Assembly (NCBI GenBank): GCA_036846745.1
Contig: DAIUBI010000001.1
Coordinates: 1-51,109, forward strand
DNA: 51,109 nucleotides
Direction of reading: 5' to 3'
Origin: Saprospiraceae bacterium
GTDB taxonomy: Bacteria; Bacteroidota; Bacteroidia; Chitinophagales; Saprospiraceae
Numbering within the stretch: the first letter of the stretch is position 1; every line of letters starts with the position of its first letter. Below, piece by piece: positions 37,501 to 44,900 of this stretch. Both the position numbers and the translations under genes were made by a program. The notes under the pieces were generated by a model. The model was not told the DNA's origin and did not search any database. It worked only from the letters and a program-made list of their open reading frames with translations.

Positions 37501-38918
37501 CAGGCGTTTTCCTCAAAATTCACCGTTGTGGGCGAGGTAATATTAGGCCTGATATCGGTTTGAATGCTAAAAATGACCTGGTGTGTATCTCTGCGGATAT
37601 CCGGATAGTCACAATCAATAGCAATGAAGTCTACCGGAAAATTGCCTGTCCAGCTTGGATCATCAATGCTTACTTGCACCACATTTCCCGGACCAATACT
37701 AGGTACCAAAGGGGAAAGCTGGAGCAGATACGGATTGGAAACTGTACCAATGGAACCACCAGCCACAAAAGTCAGGTTGGAACTTTCTTCATACAGATAT
37801 TGATTGCTGGCATCATAAAACTCAAAACTGATATTTCCAGCTCCTACATTTTTCAGGCTGAGTTGATACGTCACATTGGGAGGTGTTCCAGTGGCTGTTG
37901 CCCAGGCAGCCCGTGTGCCATTTACATAGGCAGCTAATTTGGAGCCTCCGCCGGCCAGTTGAATGTCGACAAACAAGGGCCGTGCAATGATAGTCATGGG
38001 CTGATTTCCAGGCGTAATGGCTGGCCAGGCAGGATCGGGGGTAGTACCATCAAACGGATAAACCGCTAAATCGTATTCAATACAATCACCGTTGAAATTC
38101 AGGTAATCATCCAGATCAAAATCTGTGAAGTCATCCCCCTGGAAAATGGTCTGATCCGGAATGTCTTGCCATTCCGGCGCACCATAATCCGGCAGCACGG
38201 TAAACCACCCTGTGATGGTATCCGCCAATTGGTTTGGTGTGTTTTCCGTGACAATAATGCGTACGGAGTCCGTTCCGATCCATTGATTGGATACTGGCGT
38301 TACGGTCATCACCCCATTTATTAAAGTCACAGTGAGGTTTGGCCCCGGTTGTGCGCTCCAGATAACCGGATCGCCGTCCAGACTGAACAGGTAATCATTC
38401 AGGTCTACGGACTCGAACGGTATGTTTACCAGGGTGGTGTCTGCCAACAAAGGCTCCAGTTCCGGAGGAAAATCAGCATTTGGGTCAATATTGATCCAGA
38501 AAGGCAGCTCAGATGTGCCGATAGAACCATTATGCACAAAGGTGACCTCCTCAAAAGCCGGGTAAATAGCATCATCAGGTTGGTAATACACTTTAAAGTT
38601 CACGGTTTCTCCGAAATACTGATTGGAAAAATACGTGATGAAATAATATGCATCTGCGCCGAAGAAAAGCGGTGTCGCTACCCCTCGCAGTTCATTACCA
38701 ACAAATGCACCAAGCAGATTGCCGGCCTGATTAGCCGGATTGCCCACGTAATTTACCCGGATTACGGCATTCATATTGAATTCGTAATCAGCAGGATCTA
38801 CTGACCAGTTGGGCGGTGGCTGGATGGTTGGATTGGCGTTTGCTGCGTGCACGCACAATATCAGGCATGCGAACAGATAAAACTGAAAACGCCGTTTGGA
38901 AATATATAGCCGATTCAT
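31512..38918 (-). CDS. Giant T9SS cargo protein: unnamed N-terminal module, cadherin-like domain, 9 Ig-like repeats, 7 + 6 HYR-type repeats, type-A C-terminal sorting domain
   Basis: The likely start is ATG 38918 (MNRLYISKRRFQFYLFACLILCVHAANA, a signal peptide); the track start is 38951. A cadherin-like segment is present (LTYALDGGADAGKFSINTQNGVLSW...YVVNIKVTNAGNQSDVITLVVTVTNQANEP). HYR units read DVTPPxIxCPxNxTxxADANCxxxxG...SDNC...GHNDxETVTLTAxDGNGN...C.FTVTLK. The CTD is LNVYPNPTSGALWVDF...GLYLLECTS...KRLLIQH. Confidence 0.92.
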   Translation of the reverse strand: MNRLYISKRRFQFYLFACLILCVHAANANPTIQPPPNWSVDPADYEFNMNAVIRVNYVGNPANQAGNLLGAFVGNELRGVATPLFFGADAYYFITYFSNQYFGETVNFKVYYQPDDAIYPAFEEVTFVHNGSIGTSELPFWINIDPNADFPPELEPLLADTTLVNIPFESVDLNDYLFSLDGDPVIWSAQPGPNLTVTLINGVMTVTPVSNQWIGTDSVRIIVTENTPNQLADTITGWFTVLPDYGAPEWQDIPDQTIFQGDDFTDFDLDDYLNFNGDCIEYDLAVYPFDGTTPDPAWPAITPGNQPMTIIARPLFVDIQLAGGGSKLAAYVNGTRAAWATATGTPPNVTYQLSLKNVGAGNISFEFYDASNQYLYEESSNLTFVAGGSIGTVSNPYLLQLSPLVPSIGPGNVVQVSIDDPSWTGNFPVDFIAIDCDYPDIRRDTHQVIFSIQTDIRPNITSPTTVNFEENACYVLYDTQTSDPNNSEGNGLTYALDGGADAGKFSINTQNGVLSWAAGFSPDFENPQDADVNNQYVVNIKVTNAGNQSDVITLVVTVTNQANEPFAVSINGGTNLICTNASVNLTASGAVSYVWSTGSTQPQITVTTPGTYTVTGTSTGSCTATASIVIAPPPTISASGNIGVVCLGSNITLNSTPTGGTPPYASFSWTGPDNYQSNLEDPTAFPATANSGGTYTVVVTDTPGCTASGTVSISVSSNPAPTITAGSNSPVCSGANLTLNSTPTGGSGQGYTFLWAGPNRFGSTSQNPAPFIATLAAAGTYSVTVTDNAGCSGSNTTSVTVHALPIITASSNSPVSEGGTIQLSSTASGGSGSGYTYVWSGPNSYSSSDAQPAGFPATMAAAGVYSVTLTDGNGCTSTATTSVSVVACPTITASVSGAVCDGGTITLTSAPIGGALPYTAFAWAGPNNYSANVEDPAPFVANMQAAGTYTVSVTDALGCVSTASVSVTIHPNPSITAQNNGPICSGAQVVLTSSPSGGTPGYTFSWTGPDFFGASAEDPAPFTGTVASSGIYTVKVTDSKGCTATATTNLVVNPKPIALATNNGPLCLGATLDLKTNPSGGSGNYTSFNWAGPNSFSSGLENPKINNIALVHAGTYTVTVTDNAGCTGTSSTTLSISTNNAPTISAASNSPICAGNQLVLTSTPNAGSPPYNAFSWSGPNGYSSNMEDPTPFIVFLNGAGIYTVTVTDTKNCKGTASVNVSVFGPALAPTTNSPVCPGATLQLNSGGPSGSGVTYSWVGPNNFTSGAVNPTIPNATPAASGTYSVTVNDNGCVNSATVTASVADAIPPTITCPANTTLAADGQCSGQVGTWAPLSVSDNCNPSPSVTQTPAANTILSGHNDVETITLTANDGNGNNSSCNFTLTLKDVTPPLLSCPPNQTVAADANCNGVVGSWSPASLSDNCAVNPSFTQSPLASTALSGHNDVETVTLTANDGNGNSSDCSFTVTLKDVTPPTIICPGNTTIEADANCNGSLGSYMPTQLADNCAANPSFSQSPAAGTVLSGHNDVETVTLTADDGNGNTNTCNFTVTLKDVTKPTITCPGPQTLNADANCSSLLGTYNPVSVSDNCNANPTVTQSPASTTVLSGHNDTETVTLTADDGNGNTESCSFVVTLKDVTPPSIICPANTTLAADANCSNVVGSWSPVSLSDNCNPNPTVTQSPAANTVLTGHNDVETVTLTANDGNGNSNSCSFTVTLKDVTPPSIVCPPDATVNADANCSGLVGVRNPVSVSDNCNANPTVTQSPVPGTVLIGHNDFEVVTLTANDGNGNTASCSLTVTLKDVTKPTITCPPNVTLNADANCSSLLGAYSAVSVSDNCNPNPTVTQSPAASTVLSGHNDVEVVTLTADDGNGNTQFCTFTVTLKDVTPPVVVCKPFTAALNAAGMVTVLPSDVYGSGSDNCGVVNLVSVVPNTFNCSQLGANVVVLTVNDGNGNTSSCNATVTVVDQIPPTMMCKNHTVALNAAGSASVSTADINNGSTDNCTLTNLSLTPNFFTCSNLGANTVTLTGTDQSGNTATCQATVTVIDNIPPTMLCRNATLNLNAQGQATLTVADVNNGSFDNCTIVVFNLSKTQFTCADIGDNTVTLSGRDQSNNAGSCTAIVTVRDLILPVALCKNTIANLGANGTVTVAPSAINNGSSDNCSFTLSLAPNTFNCNQLGVNVVTLTVTDAGGNTRTCTARVTVRDVTAPTALCKNITIFLNDVGKKSINAIDLDNGSTDNCSISTRSLLQTDYNCSDIGAPVNNLLTVKDPSGNTSTCSALVTVKDNIAPTPICKNTVVTLGSNGNVTVYPSILADSSFDNCSVTGYLPAAKTYNSAGIYNLVITVSDWSGNTATCVSVVTVNQNSPVRDEEDSIVNVTNSESDALQLNVYPNPTSGALWVDFELPDEQMFRLNIHDITGRLILEEHRTGLKGRNSMYLDVRKVPSGLYLLECTSAPLRSVKRLLIQH
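31833..33266 (-). repeat. Six tandem ~80-codon HYR-like units (second subtype) within the giant gene
   Basis: Each unit has the pattern D-x-[IT]-[PA]-P-T-x-x-C-[KR]-N...N-[NG]-GS-x-DNC...[NT]-C-x-x-[LI]-G-x-N...T-[VG]-x-D-x-[SAG]-GN-T-x-[ST]-C-x-A-x-VTV. I located the boundaries on the DNA. Confidence 0.85.
33267..35009 (-). repeat. Seven tandem HYR units of exactly 83 codons (249 bp) each
   Basis: The first Asp codon of unit 1 is at 35007-35009, and the first Asp codon of the next repeat class is at 33264-33266. The span is 1,743 nt, which equals 7 x 249 with no indels between units. Confidence 0.9.
35010..37223 (-). repeat. Nine tandem ~80-codon Ig-like units (x-C-x-G-x-x-[ILV]-x-L-x-S-x-P-x-GG...Y-x-[FW]-x-W-x-GP-[ND]...G-x-Y-x-V-x-V-T-D-x-x-GC)
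   Basis: I read the units from the translation. Their cores are LICTNASVNL, VVCLGSNITL, PVCSGANLTL, PVSEGGTIQL, AVCDGGTITL, PICSGAQVVL, PLCLGATLDL, PICAGNQLVL and PVCPGATLQL. Confidence 0.8.
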
Positions 38919-38937
38919 TGTTGTTAAGTTTAAGGTC

Positions 38938-41900
38938 TTATTGCAAAACAATTTTCTTCACGACACTTCCCGATTCTGTTTGTAGCCGAACAAAGTACAC
39001 GCCTTTTGCCAGCGCTGCGCCTTGTTCAGACTGTGCCTTCCAGGAAAGGGAGTTGATACCCTCTTTGCCTGAGGTATTGATTTCAGCCACTTGTTTACCG
39101 CTCATGTCTGTAACGGTAATGCGCAAGTCCTGACTTTTTAGCAACGCAAATCGTAAAGTAGTTTCCTGCTGGAACGGATTGGGTTGCACATCAAAAGATT
39201 GGACAGCCGAGATTTCCTCGGTGCCGCTGCTCAGTAATGTGAAGGGCAACGGAGCATCTATGCTTCCCTGATGCCATTCGGGCGAGAAGAACATGACTTC
39301 CTTGAGTTCCTGAATACCGCCGGTGCTGCTGTCAAACAATTGATAGCGGATCTGCTCCCCGGCTGAGTTGGCATATACCGTAAGGAAGAACAGATAAGAT
39401 TGCAGAGGTGGAATATAAATGGCTGTGGAAGAGCCCCGTACCTGAGCGTTGGCAAATGCGCCAAGTTCCATGGTAGCAGTCGTTGCATTTTGCTCATTCA
39501 CCTTCAACATACCTATCAGCGTCATGCTATGCTCAAACTGCGTCGGATCTACGGTCCAGAAGTTTTGACCGGGTGCTTCACCTGGCCCCCGGTCTCCGCT
39601 TCCAGGTTTGCCTTTATAATCAGCTCCTCCATTCGTTAATTGGCTGGACAATGGAGGATAGATCAATGTGCCAGGTGCAGAAACCTTCAGTTGATATCCA
39701 TTTGGTGGACTCATGTACCCCAGGTTTCCGATCCAGCCAAATGTTGGGTTGATATATTGAGCAAAAGAAATTTGGCTCTTAATCAAATCACCTGTTTGGG
39801 CAGATACAGACGACAAGGCTTCATTTACCGGAAGTGAGTAGTTTGGAATATAGCTGATCCAGTTCCAGCCTGGTACCACTTGTATAGGTGTATTTGCCGG
39901 ATCCAGAACACTTCCCTGCATCATAAGGGTATCAGCGATATTAGCCCTGTAGACATACATGGATGTGTTTCCAAGGTTTTGCAGTGTGCCCAACCAGCCG
40001 CCACCATTAAAATAGGTAGAGAACTGGTTTTGACTCTTCATCAAATCGTTCTGCGGATGACTTAAAGATGCCAGGGCCTCATTGATGTCTGAGTCAGGGA
40101 AACCGAGGTTGAAGGAAAGCCAGTTCCATCCAAAGCCGAGAGGCACTTCCCGAAGTACTAAGTTGAAGGTGTGAATCACCTGTGGGTTCAATGGATCGCC
40201 TATAACATCATCCGGTTGGAATAAGAAATCATCCTCCAATACAGCATAACGAAGACAGGCAGATGCGTCCCAGATTTCTAACCGAATTGGTTGTAGCACA
40301 TGGTTCGGATTGCCGTAAATGGTCAGGTATGCTAAGTATTTATTCACCTGAGGTACATACTGAACATTGGCCCGACCTACTAAGGTGTCGCCGATGAAAG
40401 CTACTACCATGTCTTCCACATCGGTAGAAACCTCACCCTCAATATTCAGTTCGAGCACCAAATTTTCGGTGTTTTCATACAGACTGCCATTGATTTCCCA
40501 GGCTGGTGGCCGACAAACAACGCGTACGCCGAACGGAAGACGTTCGTCTCCACCCATAAAGAATGGATTTTGGCCAATCTCGGTGTGAAGTGTGATGGAA
40601 TCACTCCAAAGTCCAAAGGCCAGGTTAGAATCAACGGTAAAACTGATAGGTCTGATTTCATTTGGGGCCAATGTGCCCTGTGTAGGCACCACGTGCACAT
40701 ACGTAGGTATATCCTCTATGGTAAAGGGTACCGGATACCCGCCGCGATTATGGATGCTGGCCGTTATGGTTTTGGTTTGATCTTCATATTTAGTCATACC
40801 AATACTGTCGGTCAGCCAGGCCAGCTCATTGCGGTCTACATAAAATTCCCACTGTTCATAGACCAGCTTGTTGCCGGTTTTATCCTCAATATCATGCAGT
40901 TCTGCGCGCAGGATACGATTTTCGAAGAATTTATTCTGGAAGGTAGGATCCAGAATAATCTTGTTTTCGTAACACGTAATGTTGATGTCCAGTAGCTGGT
41001 TGGTGGTAGCGTCGAACAATTGAACATTGTCAACCGCATTGATTTTAGCGCAGTTGATGGCTTTGTTGAAGGAGAAGGAGATCTCGTCGCCCACGTTGTA
41101 TACACCATCAGCTGGCTCCGGCACGCCAATCAGACTTGGCGGCTGACGTTCAATGCGACCAGTGATGATGTGAGATATGCCAGGTTTGTCTAAAAGATCT
41201 CCTGTACATACCGCGATTGCCCGAATTTCATAAGGCCCGTCAGCGAGGCCTACAGTATTCCAGAAGAATTGGGTAAAAACAGAGCCTAAGTTAGTCTTCA
41301 GTATCTCCGCTCCTGGTTGTATCAAATTAATCAGGGAGTCATCCGGTGGTACGATATTAATCCAGGCTCCATCGCCGTCGGAAGGCCGGTATTGAACCCT
41401 GATTTTTTCAAATTCCTGCACAGATTTATCATACCCTGAGACGGTGATACGCATAACGTCATCAGGCCCCTGGGTGATCGGATCAGGGAATATTACCCAG
41501 TTTTGTTGAGGTGCATTGATGTCTACCTCACTGCAGGGCTTAATGAAATGTGCGCTCAGATAAACACTGGAATAGGCAATCGTATCTGCGCTCGACTGTA
41601 ATCCCAGTAATCCTGCCCGATCATCTTCGCACTCGCTGTAAAAGGCAATTTCCAGACTGTCGTAGTCGTATTTTTCCGGACCCCGTTCTATCGTAAGGGT
41701 AATGGGCACAGAGGTTCCGTATTCAATCTGATATCCAATCGGGCCATCCAGTACTGCACCATTAAGCCTGATCACAGCTCCATCAGGATTACTATTTACC
41801 CCGGCGTTTATTACGTAGGTTCGGGTTTCATTGGTTTCACTTTGATTACCAAGTACCAGTTTGTAAACGGCAGCATCATTGGATGGGATATCCACTGCAA

Positions 41901-44900
41901 CCGGTCCACTTCCATCTCTGAAGGTAATGCCTGTGCCGTCACGGTGAGCTGTATTGGGCTCCCACGGACAACTGGACTGACCTGTTACGGTGTTAAATAC
42001 CGGAGTATTATAAATGGTATCCATGGCAACATCCACTGTAAAGGCGTCGCCAGGGTCATTATCAGAAAGGACATATCCGGTGGTAATACCTTGGGAGGTT
42101 CCATTTTCGGTAGTCTTGCTGGTGGTTTTGCTTGTGCCAGTATTAATGGTTACACCCCCGCCGGCACCCTGAATAAAAATTTGAATATCAAATGCGAAAT
42201 TGAAATCGCTGGTATTTTCCACTGAAGTGATGCTGGTAGCACTGGTGTCGCTGGTTTCGGAGTATTCATAAGAAACTCCAGATTCAAAGGACACATTTCG
42301 CAAAAATTTGGCCGACTCCTTTTGTTGCTCATTGTTGGCCAAAATAGCATTCCAAAGGTTTATGGAATTGAGACAGGTGTCTCGTTTTTCCGGTGTAGTA
42401 TTCGGATCATCAGCAATGGCCTGAAGGTACTTGATGGTATAGTTTCGGATGTAGTTATCCGAATACATATAGGTGGTACCAAAGTTTTTAGGCGCCACAG
42501 AAATAACGGTTTCTACCGCGCCACCACAAAGCAAGGTGTCGAAACTTACTTTATCAGAGAACCCAAACTCAACATTCAGGCCTGATCCAACGAATACATC
42601 TCCACCCTGTACAATACCTTGCCCCGGAACATTCACTGCAGGCCCAACAATGTTTTCTTCAGCACTGGTGGAAATGGTTTCACTAAAGCTGCTGCAAACC
42701 TGCAAGCTGTTCTCTGAGGACTTTGTGACCGTATTGGAAGTGGTAATGGTTGGGCCGATATTGAATTCGGTGGTCAAAACGATCCCAAAGACCAAAAATT
42801 CAAAATCTGGCACAAAGTCGATAACCACATCAAGGCCGTTCGTTTCTGATGTGTCTCCTGCAAAGGATACGGTTTGGCAAACGCTCTGGTTTTTTTCAAA
42901 ATAAGCATAGCTGCCGTCGCCTGGCGGATCGCGAAGTACCAGCGAAGGCGTAGCAGGGAGTTGTGTGGTAAAGGTGCTGGATTTGGAGAACAGGCCCGTC
43001 ACCAATGCCTGCCGAATCTCCGTAGATTCGTTTCCGCTGATGGAGGAGCCTACAATTTGGATGGTTTGCAGGAATGGCGGGCTTGGATTGGGCACCTTTG
43101 CTCTGAATTTGTAAAAAAGAATGGAACTGCTCAGAACAGTATCCTTTACCTCACCTGAAATTTCATTGATGATGCGAATATTGCCGGTATCCAATAAACA
43201 GGCTTCGCCGAGATAATATTCTTTTAAGGAAATCCCCAGGGTGTAAGACTTGCCTTGTTCAAATACCACAGTCTGGCAAGTTGGACTGTATGGATCCATG
43301 CCACTTACGATTTCCACCTGTGGTGGTGCGTAGTAAATAAAGTCAACAATGGTGTCGACTTTTCTCAAATCTACCTGCTTACCGCCTAAAACCTGAAAAG
43401 CCGTTTTAATGGTTGGGTCTGAGTGTTCCACCACCGCAATGGTCATTTCAATGGGCGGGAGATTGGCAAATTCATATTCGCCTTCTATATTGTCAATTTC
43501 AATGATGCGTTCAAAGCAATCATCAATCGAGCGAACTTTTACGATACACACCGTACCACTTGGCGTTCCCGGATTACTGATAATGGGTAATTTACAATCA
43601 CCTCCGGCTACAAAACCACTGATTTTCCTGGTGGTAATGTCATTAAATACAATTCCCGCAATTGGGCTGGTGAGGTTGGTTACCTGCCAGGTAGCCGGGA
43701 AAAATTCATGGTCTTCAAAGACCGGCTTCAGGGTAACGGTAGCTCCAGGCTCCAGGTCAATGATGAATTTGCCGGTGGAGTCGGTAAAAATCCGTGGAAC
43801 AAACGATTCATTATTGACCAGGATTTCAACATTTTTGGCGAAACAATCCGTATTTTGGTATCGCACAAATCCTGTAACCGGAATGGTAGACCGATCTGTA
43901 AAATCTACCTGGTCAACTGAAGTGACACTGGGATTTAAGGTTACCTGTCGGGTAGAAGGCGCAAACTCATGAGGCGTTGTAGATTGGTTAGGCGCCATAG
44001 TCGTCCATTCCGTTTGGAAGGTGGTTCCCTGTTGAGTTAGCAGTAAGGACCCCGAGTTGGTAAGCACGGATCCTGTCCCCTCATCCATGGCAAAATATAT
44101 ACGCAGCCCTGCTTCCTGTGGATCTCTGGAGGCAGCGGCATGAGCTGAAATGAGCGCGGGAGTTAGGATGTTACCATATACTGCCACCTCGTCAATCAGC
44201 CCACCATAAAAATCAACGAAATCAGTGCCTGATTTCCTCGCACCCAGTACCCAGGGTTCTGCAGGCTCTTCCCAGGTTCCGGTGTAGGCCGGCATCATAA
44301 CGGTTCCCAGCAGGGTGCCATTCTTATAGCCTGTTACCTGTGTGCCGGCTCCTGTGCTATCAATGGTGAAAGCCAAGTGGTGATACCCAAGCCCTAATGG
44401 CCCGAAATCATGTACCTGGTTGTTCAGCTTGAAGATAATATGGTTATTTATACCATTTGCCTGCAGTTGAAGCTGAAAACTGTTGCTTCCGTTCCATCTT
44501 TTGGATAATACCGTTTGGATACCGTCAGGGCCGGCGCTATTAATCCAGGTTTCCAGTGTTGTTTGTGATGTTAAGGGAAAATCTGGCAGCGTGGCATAGT
44601 CCATCTCCTGCCGGTTGAATTTAAGGGCGCGGTGCTTGTAGAAGAACTTTTCCGGCTTTGCCAGGAAAGTAATGCCGGTGCCATAGTTGGCAGATTCAAT
44701 TCTGTAATAGCCATCCTCGTTTGTTTTGCCTGAGGTGCGAACCGGAGGCCGGTCAGCATCGAAAATGGCGCCGCAAAAGAAGAACCGATTGCGCTGCAAG
44801 AGGTCAAAGGATTTGGAGCCTTTTTCCTCGTCCATTTTCCAATAGTATTTTAATCCCGGTGTAAGGGTGGAAGCGGTGCCCTCCATCACCTCTGCCAGAT

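Noticed and set aside
32169-37937. Long plus-strand ORFs inside the HYR giant gene (348 aa at 36891-37937, 213 aa at 33457-34098, 191 aa at 32169-32744, 143 aa at 34447-34878).
   Set aside because: They are antisense to a gene with clear domain content on the minus strand. Their translations are low-complexity (G/S/T/V/R-rich) with no motifs. They arise because the repetitive sense codons lack antisense stop complements.
39400-43972. Plus-strand ORFs inside the LamG giant gene (for example 187 aa at 43409-43972 and 143 aa at 42473-42904).
   Set aside because: The reasoning is the same. They are antisense to a well-supported 2,353-aa ORF with signal peptide, LamG motifs and a T9SS CTD, and they have no recognisable motifs.
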